Assembly: GCA_043228905.1 (NCBI GenBank)
Contig: JBHGNT010000013.1
Span: 20,398,001 to 20,462,000 of the forward strand
DNA from: Azolla caroliniana
Taxonomy: Eukaryota; Plantae; Polypodiophyta
Direction of reading: 5' to 3'
Length of the DNA: 64,000 bases
Shown: positions 8,830 to 19,370 of the stretch, in pieces
Position numbering within the stretch: position 1 is the first letter of the stretch
How the letters are laid out: the number at the start of each line of letters is the position of its first letter
Notes under the pieces: generated by a model
Told to the model about the DNA's origin: nothing
The model's input: only the letters and a program-made list of their open reading frames with translations
Database searches by the model: none
Position numbers and translations under genes: made by a program

Positions 8830-11800
8830 TTAAAGACGACGAGTGGAACGAGTCGGCGCTAATTGCGGACCGGGTTTGTCCGGATACTTTCGGTGGAAAT
8901 CAGCAAGAAGATCTTGTGCATTGGCAACATTCTCGACGGGTTCCCAAGTACGTTCGCTCGGACTATAACCGAGCCAATCGACCAAGTAATAAAGTTTGTT
9001 GCGAACAAGTTTGGAATCGAGGATGGCAGCAACTTCATACTCCGGGCCGGCGTCCAACTCCAACGGGGGCGGCGGTGGTGTCACACGATCGGGAATGGTG
9101 TTTGCTTTATAAGGTTCAAGAAGAGAACAATGGAAAACCGGATGTATCTGAAGTTGCGGAGGGAGATCCAGACGGAAGGTGACATCATTAATCTTCCCCG
9201 TAATACGGAAAGGACCGAGTCGTCGATAATCCAACTTGTCGCACGGTCGAGTAGTCTTGATGTGACGACGTAAGAGCCATACTCGATCTCCGATGGCAAA
9301 AGAGGAGGGAATCCGATGACGATCCGCATAAGTCTTCTGTGTGTGTTGAGCATGACGAAGGTGAGTAGAGAGATCCATCTGGATCTTGCGTAGCCTCTCC
9401 AAATGGTCCTCGGCACGAGGGTTGGTAGGTAGCTCCGGAGTGTCGATCACCGACCAGCGAGGATGGAAACCGGTATAAGCGAGAAATGGGGAGACCCGAG
9501 TCGAGGAGTGAATAGCATTATTATACGCAAACTCCGCAAAGTGGAGAATCTCGGCCCAATCGTCCTGTTGATAACTCAGGAAACACCAGAGATATTGCTC
9601 CAACGTTTGGTTTGTTCGTTCCGCCTGTCCGTCAGTTTGAGGATGGTAGCCGGAGGAGAGGTTGCAGGAGACCTTGAGCATCCTGAAGAGATGCTGCCAA
9701 AATTTGGAGACAAATTGCGGGCCTCGGTCACTGATAATACTGTCTGGTAGGCCATGATGCCGAAATACCTCACGCATAACAAGAGCGGCAGTTTCCTCGC
9801 TAGTGATGGCTTTAGTACATGGCACAAAATGTGCCATCTTCGTATATCGATCGACGACGGTTAGGATAGCATCGAACCCCTTCGAGACTGGCAGATCTGT
9901 AATAAAATCAAGACAAATAGACTGCCATGGCTTACTTGGAATTGGTAAAGGTTCCAACAAGCCATATGGATGGTGTCGTGGCATCTTTGCTCAGCAGCAA
10001 GCATCACAGGTCCGAACGTAGTCGTCGACAAAACGGCGCATGTGGGGCCACCAAAAAGATCGTTGCACTAACTCCAACGTCTTGGTACTACCGAAATGTC
10101 CCGCCGTATGGGTGTCGTGACAATGTTGGACGATTTGAAGGCGACAGGAGCAATCGGGGACATATACGCGCTTTTTAAAGAATAACAAACCATCATGATA
10201 TTCGAATTGTCGGTAGTCAATACCTGGTTGTTGAGACTGAGAACAGGATGCCCGAGAAGTATCAATGTGCGCCAGGATGTCTTGAGCAAAACTATCCGTC
10301 TTCAAGGTTGCACGTATGTCATCGGTAATCCGTGAATCCATCGGGGTGTGAAAAATCCGCGTCGTGTGCAATCGTGTTGGTCCCAAGATTACTTGCTTTT
10401 GATTATCAAATGTTGCGTCACCAGGACGAGGTGCAAGATATGAACGCCGTGATAGTGCATCTGCTTTTCCTTGCTGCTTCCCCGGTCAATATGTGATTTC
10501 GAAGTTGAAACGCGTGAGGAATTGCGCCCACCGAGCTTGCCGTCGATTTAGTACGCGAGCGTTCTGAAAATAAGCAAGATTTTTATGATCGCTAAAGACA
10601 ATGACCTGATGTGGAGAGCCCTCTAAGAAATGCCGACATTGTACAAATGAATCCACGATGGCTAATAACTCCTTGTCATGTATTTCGTAGTTGATTTCTG
10701 CGACATTGAATTTGCGCGAATGGAAAGCCACCGGATGCAACTCTTCTTTATCGCCTTGTTGAGAAAGGATGCTACCGAGGGCGAAATCTGATGCGTCGGC
10801 CTCCATGATGAATGGTTTGCTTGTATCCACATGAGCTAGAATCGGTGCTGATGTAAAGGCTTTCTTAAGATGCCGAAAAGCCATATCTGCTTCGATGGAC
10901 CAAAGAAATGCTTGGCCCTTCTTCGTAAGTTGTGTGAGAGGTAAAATAATCTTCGAGTAATCCTGTATAAACTTACGGTAGAAGTTAGCAAAGCCTAGAA
11001 AACATTGTACATCTCGTACCGACCGTGGAATTTGCCACTCTAGTACAGTTTGGATTTTAGCTGGATCCATGGCGATGCCCTTTGAGGAGATGACGTAGCC
11101 TAGAAATTCCACTTGCTTGCAGTCAAAGCTACATTTCTCTAGCTTGGCATAAAGACCATTCTCGCGGAGTCGCTTTAGTACTAATAGTACATGAGAATCG
11201 TGCTCTTCCTGGGTCTTCGAATAAATCAACAGATCATCCAGATAAATGATCAAACAGATATCCAAGAGGTCTCTGAATATATCATTTGCCATGTGTTGGA
11301 AGACTGCGGGTGCATTGGTTAGGCCAAACGGCATAACAGTATACTCGAAATGCCCATACCGCGTGCGAAAAGCGGTCTTCCACTCATCTCCCGGTCGGAT
11401 CCGCACGAGATTATACGCTCCTCGTAGGTCGATTTTAGTAAAAAACTTGGCACCATTAACTCGCTCTAAAAGACTTGATATAAGAGGAAGTGCATACCTA
11501 TTCCGAATGGTGACTTTATTCAATCTGCGGTAATCAACGACAAGACGAAGTGAGCCATCTTTCTTCTTGACAAAGAAGATGGGTGCACCGGCCGGAGATT
11601 TCGAATGACGGATGAACCCGCTTGCCAAGTTCTCCTCTATGTAGGCTCGAAGGACTTCTAACTCGGTGGGTGACAAGTTGTAAATTGGTCCCCATGGTGG
11701 CTCGGTTCCTGGTTGTAAATCGATGGGACAGTCATAGGGACGGTGATGAGGAAGGGTACCGGCTTTTACCTTGTCAAATACATCGGCATAAGGATGATAT

Positions 11801-12411
11801 TTTGCCGGAAGTTGTATTGAGGAGTCCTTCTTAATAGTGCTAGAAGGATGTACTGATATGGCAAATAGGAACATTGCCTCCTTGGGTCCTTCTTCGCGTA
11901 GTTGATGGAGTGAAATGGTCGAAACTCGGTGAGTTGATTCTTGGGGTGGTCGATATCGGACTTCTCTTTGTCTCCAATCTATGGCTGGATTATGTAATTC
12001 AAGCCAAGGTAATCCTAGGACAATGGGATGCTCTGGACTACTAATTATATTAAATGATATTATACACACAAAACTACCTAGGACAACTTGAATGGGTTCT
12101 GATTCTTCTACAATATTCCCGGAAGCAATGGGACGACCATCAATGACCACTACAGATGTGGGACAAGGAAGTTTTCTTAAGGATATCTGAGAAGCTTGGG
12201 CAAAATTTCGATCCATGAAACAGGAATTAGCTCCGGAATCTAAAAGTGCTAGGACGGGTACTGGGGGAGTACTTTTAGTACTAACAATGACTTGGGCTAG
12301 GAACACATTGCTAACTTTCTTGGAAGGAATGGAACCACTAATGGGCTGTACAGATCTAGGGCTGTTGTCCAACCAAATGGCTCCTATTTTGGCTGGACTC
12401 AATCGTTTAAC
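8830..12411 (-). pseudogene. pol: Gypsy B pol (protease, RT, RNase H, integrase, group I chromodomain) with two CGA>TGA stops
   Basis: LLDSGA, YLDD, EADASD, DFITDL...SDRG...E, EYEVAAILD...YLVDWLGY...TWEP motifs; in-frame TGA at 10486-10488 and 9991-9993. Confidence 0.92.
12331..12411 (-). promoter_or_regulatory. Predicted -1 ribosomal frameshift signal (G UUA AAC plus pseudoknot) joining Gypsy B gag to pol
   Basis: Heptamer 12411-12405; gag stop 12401-12399; pol in the -1 frame; 11-bp stem starts 6 nt downstream; its loop pairs with 12337-12331. Confidence 0.7.
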
Positions 12412-12516
12412 TCTTCATCTAATTGACTAAGGATTTCAAATTTATTTGAGATACTTGGGCTATTAGTACTATGAATACTATCTGACACTCTATTAGTACT
12501 ATTAATACTATCAAAC

Positions 12517-15500
12517 TGTTGGGATTACGGTCCCTTCGGATGGGATGGTCGGATCCGGTTGTCGGTTTCGGATCCGGATGACGAAGACCCCGGTTTCGGT
12601 ACCGGATGACGAATGTACCCGGAGAGCGATCCGGATGCAGGGACATATCCGTGAATATGTTCGCTATGGGCCCCTGAGGCTACAGTTGTAAATAGCCCAA
12701 AGTCATATGAGTATAAATATGACTTAGGGCAAACTGTTTTGTAGTTGCTTCTCATTTTTCTGTTTTTTTCACTCAAGAGGAGTGAAGAGTAAGCAGCCGT
12801 GAGAGAGAGAGAGAGAGAGATAGAGCGCGAGAGAGGAAGAGGACGACGCCTCTGTGTATTTCCGCCGCCTGTGGCGAGGACAGCGAGCTCAAGGTTGTCG
12901 CCTTGGAGCTCGTCATTGTATACTTCTCTTTGTATAGTGTTGTTTGGAGTCTTGTACTCCCGTGGTTTTTCCCATCTAGGGTTTTCCACGTTAATCACTG
13001 TGTACTCGTGTATTTCTCTCTTTGGTTCCTATTTTCTGCTCCATTGATCCGCAATTACTCGGTTGTGGCCGGGCGAAGAAGGTGAATCGAAGCGTTGATT
13101 CTCAACAAACTGGTATCAGAGCGACTGTTGCAGAAAATGGAAGGCGGCGGCAGCGGGCAGCCGGGGATGATGGTGCTGAACGCACAGAATTACGCCGACT
13201 GGAAGATCAAGATGGAGGATCTTCTGATTGTTCGGGACCTGTACGAACCGATTGACAGGTCGGAAATACCGAAGGGGGTACTTGAGTCGGAGTGGAAGCT
13301 CCTGAACCGGAAAGCCGTAGCGACGATCCGACAATATGTCGATGTAAGCGTCCTACAACATGTGGCGAACGACACCAACGCATACGAGATGTGGAAGAAG
13401 CTGTCTGGCCTCTATGAGAGGAAGAATGCGTTGAACCGGACCTCCCTGATGAGGAAGATTGTGAATCTCAAGTATCGGGACGGCGAGAGTATGGTGGAAC
13501 ACGTAAGCACGTTCATGGGATTCGTGAACCAGCTTGCGGCGATCAAGTTCCCGTTGGAGGATGCAATGCAAGCCATCATCCTGATGTGTACATTGCCGGA
13601 AAGCTGGGAGAACTTGGTGGTGACTCTCAGCACCTCGTGCACCGAAGATAACTTGTCCTTACAAACTGTAAAGACAAGTATTCTGAATGAAGAAGCGCGT
13701 CGGAGAGATAAGGAACCGGCCTCCGACCCGAAGATGCTGTTTACCGAATCGGATCGGGGAAGACAATGGAACCGGAGTCCGCAAAGACGGGAGAAGTCGG
13801 GGACCCGGTCGCAGTCAAGAGGAAGGCCCACATGCTTCCACTGTGGGAAGCCGGGGCACTTCCGAAAGAATTGTCGGCATTACCGAAAAGACAACGGAGC
13901 CGACGACACCGACTCGAAGAAGTCACCGGAGAGAAACGGTGCATACCGGGGAGCCACGGACCGGAGAGGTTCGGATCGGCGAGGGCAAGACCGGAAAGGA
14001 ACGACGGCACTCGCGGCAAGTGAAGAAGAAATCATGCTCATCACCGAAGAAGGTGAGCTAAACATTGCCGGCGATGAGACGACCTGGGTGGTCGATTCCG
14101 GAGCATCGTTCCACCTGACCCCGGAGAGAAGATACTTCTCATCCTACACAGCCGGGGAGCATGGCTGCGTTCGGATGGGAAACGAAGGTACGTGCCGGAT
14201 TGCCGGCATAGGAGACGTGTGGTTGACAACCCCGACCGGATGCAAAATGCTGCTGAAGAATGTCCGACACGTTCCGGAGGTCCGACTGAACCTGATTTCG
14301 GCCGGGAGGCTAGATGATGAAGGCTACACGGGTAGCATCCGGAACGGTGTCATGAAGTTCAGCAAGGGGAGCTTGATAGTGGCTCGGGCCCGGAAGGTCA
14401 ACACACTGTACCTGATGAATGCCTGGTTGTGTCCGGAAGAGCTGAACGTGGCAGCCGACACTGCCGGTGAGCTGTGGCACAAAAGACTGTGCCACATGAG
14501 TGAGAAGGGGATGAAGAGGCTTGCAGAAGACAACCTTATCCCAGTGAAGCATGTGCACCTGGAGAAGTGCACCGATTGCCTGGCCGGTAAGCAGAACCGA
14601 ACTTCCTTCCACTCAAGGCCACCGACGAGACGCAGTGCACCATTGGAGTTGGTGCACACGGACGTGTGTCAAGTAGAAACGAAGTCACATGGCGGAGCCC
14701 AGTACTTCGTAACATTCATCGATGATCATAGCCGAAAACTGTGGACGGCACCGATGAAGACAAAGGACCAAGTGTTGTGCGTCTTCAAAGAACTCCACGC
14801 GAGAGTGGAAAGAGAATCCGGCAAGAAGCTGAAAGCAATACGAGCGGATAACGGAGGGGAATACCGGGGGCAGTTCCAGGAGTACTGTCGCTCGAAGGGA
14901 ATCCGACTCGAATTTACTGTGCCGAAGACGCCGGAACTGAACGGGCTGGCCGAGAGGATGAACCGGACCATAATGGAGAGGGTCCGGAGTATGCTGGCAC
15001 ATGCGAAATTACCCAAGGGATTTTGGGCTGAGGCAATGTCGACGGCGACATATGTGATAAACAGATCACCCTCAGTACCTTTGGACGGAGACACGCCGCA
15101 GAGAGTGTGGACCGGTAGGGAAGTATCCTACCGGCATCTGAAGGTGTTCGGGTGTCTCGCATACGTGCACGTGGCGAAGGACCGGAGAGGAAAGCTAGAT
15201 CCGAAGACCCGGCCATGCATATTCCTCGGTTACGGCGACGACGAGTTCGGCTACCGAGTATGGGACCCGGTCGACAAGAAGATATTCAGGAGTCGAGATA
15301 TCGTCTTTATGGAGGACAAGACACTCACCGACTGGGAGTCGGAGAAGAAGATGAAGAGCTCCAAGTCGACTGGTGAGGATAAACTCTACGAGGAGCAGTC
15401 CCGACCGGCAAGGGACCGGTTAGCACTCGAGGATCCGGCCGAAGACGGTGAAGAAAGAGAACCGGCCGAGGAAGATGAAAATGATACCGGAACCGTTCCC

Positions 15501-17814
15501 GATCCCGAAATGGATTCGGATGAAGAAGAAGAATCGGGAGAACCGGTTACCGAAGCTCCGGAACGGAGATATCCTCTAAGAGAGAGAAGGGCCCCCCGGA
15601 GATTTCCGGAACCAGAGCACGTGCTACTAACCGACGAGGGGGAGCCGGAGAGCTTTGAAGAAGCAAAGCATGACACCCAGAGCCGCAAGTGGTTGAGTGC
15701 CATGCAGGACGAGATGGATTCCCTGCATGAGAACCACACATATGAACTTGTGGAGTTGCCGAAAGGAAAGCGGGCACTTCGAAACAAGTGGGTGTTCAAG
15801 CTGAAACCGGGAGATGCCGGAAGCCCCCCGAGATACAAAGCCAGGATCGTGGTGAAGGGGTTTCAGCAGAAGAAGGGCGTCGACTTCGACGAGATATTTG
15901 CCCCGGTAGTGAAGATGACCTCTATCCGGACGGTGCTGAGCATAGCGGCAAGCATGGACCTCGAGGTAGAACAGATGGACGTGAAGACGGCATTCCTTCA
16001 CGGTGACCTCGATGAAGAGATCTACATGCAGCAACCGGAAGGATTCGAGAAGAAAGGGAAGGAGCACCTGGTATGCCGGTTGAAGAAGAGCCTTTACGGA
16101 CTGAAGCAGGCTCCCCGGCAATGGTACCGGAAGTTCGACTCCTTCATGACCGACGAAGGGTACCTCAAAACGCAGTCCGACCACTGCGTGTTTGTGAAGA
16201 AGTTCGAAGGAGGAGACTCTCTAATACTCCTCCTGTACGTGGACGACATGTTGATCGTCGGACGGGACCAGGCCAAGATACGGATGCTGAAGAAGGCTCT
16301 TCACCGAACCTTCTCAATGAAGGACCTGGGTCCGGCGAGGCAAATACTAGGGATGCACATCATCCGGGACCGGAAGAAGAAGCAGTTGGGGCTGTCACAG
16401 GAGAAGTACGTGACGAAGGTGCTTCACCGGTTCAACATGTCGGAAGCGAGACCGGTCGGATCGACCCTCCCGACAAACTGCAAGCTGACCAGCAAGCAAA
16501 GTCCCAAGACAAAGGCTGAAAAGGAGGATATGATGGAAGTGCCGTATGCCTCAGCCGTCGGGAGCTTGATGTACGCCATGGTGTGTACGAGACCGGACAT
16601 AGGATATGCAGTCGGAGTGGTGAGCCGGTACATGAGCAATCCCGGCAAAGAGCACTGGAACGCGGTCAAGTGGATACTCCGATACCTGAAGGGCACGGCA
16701 AACGTGTGCCTCCGATTCGGCTCCGGTAAGCCCGAACTCGAAGGCTTTACTGATTCTGATATGTCGGCTGATGCAGATACCAGCCGGTCCACATCAGGGT
16801 ATGTGATGACGTATGCAGGGGGAGCTGTTTCGTGGCAGTCGAGGCTGCAGAAGACGGTTGCGTTGTCAACCACGGAGGCGGAGTACATGGCGGCTGTTGA
16901 AGCCGGCAAGGAAATAATATGGATGAAGGACTTCATTAGAGAGCTCGGTATCCGGCAGGAGGAGTACCGACTCTACTGCGACAGTCAGAGTGCAATCCAC
17001 CTTGCAAAGAACGCGGCCTATCACTCCCGGACGAAGCACATCCAGCGAAGATATCACTGGATCCGGGAAAGGATAGAAGACAAGGAGTTCGTGCTGACGA
17101 AGATCCACACGGACGAGAACGGGTCGGATATGCTGACCAAGGTGCTCACACCCGACAAGCTGGAAGCATGCCGGAAGAGGATCGGATTGGAGAAACATCC
17201 CATGCCGAAGTGAAGGGGGAGTTTGTTGGGATTACGGTCCCTTCGGATGGGATGGTCGGATCCGGTTGTCGGTTTCGGATCCGGATGACGAAGACCCCGG
17301 TTTCGGTACCGGATGACGAATGTACCCGGAGAGCGATCCGGATGCAGGGACATATCCGTGAATATGTTCGCTATGGGCCCCTGAGGCTACAGTTGTAAAT
17401 AGCCCAAAGTCATATGAGTATAAATATGACTTAGGGCAAACTGTTTTGTAGTTGCTTCTCATTTTTCTGTTTTTTTCACTCAAGAGGAGTGAAGAGTAAG
17501 CAGCCGTGAGAGAGAGAGAGAGAGAGATAGAGCGCGAGAGAGGAAGAGGACGACGCCTCTGTGTATTTCCGCCGCCTGTGGCGAGGACAGCGAGCTCAAG
17601 GTTGTCGCCTTGGAGCTCGTCATTGTATACTTCTCTTTGTATAGTGTTGTTTGGAGTCTTGTACTCCCGTGGTTTTTCCCATCTAGGGTTTTCCACGTTA
17701 ATCACTGTGTACTCGTGTATTTCTCTCTTTGGTTCCTATTTTCTGCTCCATTGATCCGCAATTACTCGGTTGTGGCCGGGCGAAGAAGGTGAATCGAAGC
17801 GTTGATTCTCAACA
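12517..17814 (+). mobile_element. Intact Ty1/Copia element C
   Basis: 591-bp LTRs 12517-13107 and 17224-17814 with no difference seen; TSD CAAAC (12512-12516, 17815-17819); PBS 13111-13122; PPT before 17224. Confidence 0.97.
13137..17213 (+). CDS. gag-pol: Copia C gag-pol polyprotein (1358 aa), uninterrupted
   Basis: ATG at 13137 just after the PBS; CX2CX4HX4C knuckle, WVVDSGAS, WHKRLCH...C..C, HTD...DNGGE...E integrase, YVDD RT, RNase H. Confidence 0.95.
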   Translation: MEGGGSGQPGMMVLNAQNYADWKIKMEDLLIVRDLYEPIDRSEIPKGVLESEWKLLNRKAVATIRQYVDVSVLQHVANDTNAYEMWKKLSGLYERKNALNRTSLMRKIVNLKYRDGESMVEHVSTFMGFVNQLAAIKFPLEDAMQAIILMCTLPESWENLVVTLSTSCTEDNLSLQTVKTSILNEEARRRDKEPASDPKMLFTESDRGRQWNRSPQRREKSGTRSQSRGRPTCFHCGKPGHFRKNCRHYRKDNGADDTDSKKSPERNGAYRGATDRRGSDRRGQDRKGTTALAASEEEIMLITEEGELNIAGDETTWVVDSGASFHLTPERRYFSSYTAGEHGCVRMGNEGTCRIAGIGDVWLTTPTGCKMLLKNVRHVPEVRLNLISAGRLDDEGYTGSIRNGVMKFSKGSLIVARARKVNTLYLMNAWLCPEELNVAADTAGELWHKRLCHMSEKGMKRLAEDNLIPVKHVHLEKCTDCLAGKQNRTSFHSRPPTRRSAPLELVHTDVCQVETKSHGGAQYFVTFIDDHSRKLWTAPMKTKDQVLCVFKELHARVERESGKKLKAIRADNGGEYRGQFQEYCRSKGIRLEFTVPKTPELNGLAERMNRTIMERVRSMLAHAKLPKGFWAEAMSTATYVINRSPSVPLDGDTPQRVWTGREVSYRHLKVFGCLAYVHVAKDRRGKLDPKTRPCIFLGYGDDEFGYRVWDPVDKKIFRSRDIVFMEDKTLTDWESEKKMKSSKSTGEDKLYEEQSRPARDRLALEDPAEDGEEREPAEEDENDTGTVPDPEMDSDEEEESGEPVTEAPERRYPLRERRAPRRFPEPEHVLLTDEGEPESFEEAKHDTQSRKWLSAMQDEMDSLHENHTYELVELPKGKRALRNKWVFKLKPGDAGSPPRYKARIVVKGFQQKKGVDFDEIFAPVVKMTSIRTVLSIAASMDLEVEQMDVKTAFLHGDLDEEIYMQQPEGFEKKGKEHLVCRLKKSLYGLKQAPRQWYRKFDSFMTDEGYLKTQSDHCVFVKKFEGGDSLILLLYVDDMLIVGRDQAKIRMLKKALHRTFSMKDLGPARQILGMHIIRDRKKKQLGLSQEKYVTKVLHRFNMSEARPVGSTLPTNCKLTSKQSPKTKAEKEDMMEVPYASAVGSLMYAMVCTRPDIGYAVGVVSRYMSNPGKEHWNAVKWILRYLKGTANVCLRFGSGKPELEGFTDSDMSADADTSRSTSGYVMTYAGGAVSWQSRLQKTVALSTTEAEYMAAVEAGKEIIWMKDFIRELGIRQEEYRLYCDSQSAIHLAKNAAYHSRTKHIQRRYHWIRERIEDKEFVLTKIHTDENGSDMLTKVLTPDKLEACRKRIGLEKHPMPK

Positions 17815-17819
17815 CAAAC

Positions 17820-18859
17820 ACTCCGAAGGGAAGAATTGACTCGGGTTTAGTACAGGCGACGATTTGATTTACCTGTCTTCTTGGCCTATGGGGACAATTG
17901 ATGGCGATATGTCCTGGTCCACCGCAATAAAGACATAATCGATTGGCACGTCGTCGTTGCTTTTCTTCTTCCGATAACGGGCCGCGTCAACGCATGGTAT
18001 CGATCTCCATCGGTGTCGAAGTATTTGCTTGAGGTATGTCTCGTGCAAACGGTTTAGCCGCGACTGCGGCATAAGTGGGCTCTGGCCTAGAGCGTGGTAT
18101 CTGTAATTGACGTTCTGAACGTCGTTCAAAAAGGCGGTTGTCACATCGAACTGCTCGACTGATTGCCTCCGTAAGAGACTTTGGTTCTTCGGGGAAAGTT
18201 AGAAGTAGATCTTTGACATCGTTTCGCAAGCCATAGCGAAACTGCTCCATTAGTGCTTGATCATCCCAGGGTATATCTGAAGCAAGTAGGCGGAAATCCG
18301 CCACGTAGGCAGAGGCTGGACGATCGCCTTGACGCAATCGCCGGATCTTGTTGATCGCCGTCCTGATGCTGTCGGTGTCTCCAAAGCAGGCTTTAAACTC
18401 ACCAATAAAATCTTCAAAGTTATTAAGTAAGGGTGATTGTTTTTCTAGAAGCGGAGCAAACCATGCCAAGGCTGAGCCGCTAAGTAGCGTGCCTATTAGG
18501 CCGACTCGAGATGCATCAGTGGAATATCGGGAAGGATGCATCTGGATGACTAAGGGTACCTGATTAAGGAATCCCCGGAATTGCGAACGCGTTCCATCAA
18601 ATTTCACAGGAAGTCCAATCTTGGGCTCTTTATGAAATCCTTGGGGACTGGATCCTTGTTGTTGCAACGCTGCTTCGAGTTGTTGTACCCGTAACGCTAA
18701 CTCCCCATGTTGTTGTTGCGTTTGTTGTTTTTCTAGAGCGATTTGTTGCAGATCCCCTATCAGCCGTTGGTTTTCTTGTTCCAGGGCAACAAATTTTTCT
18801 TTTAGGCACTGTAGCTCGGAGAAAACGGATTGGTATTCTTGGGCGCTAACAGTAGCCAT
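17820..18859 (-). pseudogene. gag: Gypsy B gag (capsid plus zinc knuckle); last codons lie at 12516-12399 beyond Copia C
   Basis: KFDGTRSQFRGFL, LRQGDRPASAY, PMEID, then a TGA at 17987-17989 and [14 protein letters not shown] in the same frame. Confidence 0.9.
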
Positions 18860-19370
18860 AGTATAGGGAAAAGGGTAGGAGGATGAGGGAGAGTGACAAG
18901 TAGGCTAGAGGAAGAAATTGGTTCAAACTGTCAGGAATAGCACTAAAACAGAGATGGAATTAGTACTAAGAACAGCAGTACTATTAGTACTAAGAGGACG
19001 GGACTGCGTAAGATTCCCGAGAGAGGAAGTGAGAAGAGGAGAGAGAGAGAGATAGCGAGAATGAGAGAGAGAGAGATGATGACAGCAGCTATATATTATG
19101 TGAAAAGATAAGTACAAGCGGCTAAGAGGCTTAAGACTGGCGTTGAACCAATTTGGTTCAAAACAATGCCTTGTGCCTCCTTTTATAGTGTTTTTAGGAA
19201 TAATCCTGAAGCTTCTAGAATGTTCCAGAGAGATCTGGAATATACATCAATTTTCTATGATAAAGTATAAATGAAAATAATATCCTACAAAATACAATTC
19301 ATAATCTAATGGTAAGAGCTCGACCCATGTAGCATAAAGTCATGGGTTCGAGTCTTGCCATGACAACGGT

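Larger units (their letters stand above)
8380..19365 (-). mobile_element. Ty3/Gypsy chromovirus B (Tcn1/Tf1-sushi-like), hosting Copia C
   Basis: LTRs 8380-8818 and 18929-19365 (TGTCA...TGACA), identical except for one AG unit; TSD ACGGT (8375-8379, 19366-19370); PPT 8831-8819; PR-RT-RH-INT-chromodomain order. Confidence 0.95.

Noticed and set aside
13095-13136. ORF-track start of the Copia C polyprotein at 13095
   Set aside because: It is a TTG inside the LTR upstream of the PBS; ATG 13137 is the plausible start.
13116-17353. Numerous antisense and off-frame ORFs inside Copia C and A
   Set aside because: Expected shadows of GC-rich coding sequence; no domains.
17987-17989. Programmed readthrough stop in Gypsy B gag
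   Set aside because: It precedes the zinc knuckle and fits the same CGA>TGA decay seen twice in pol.
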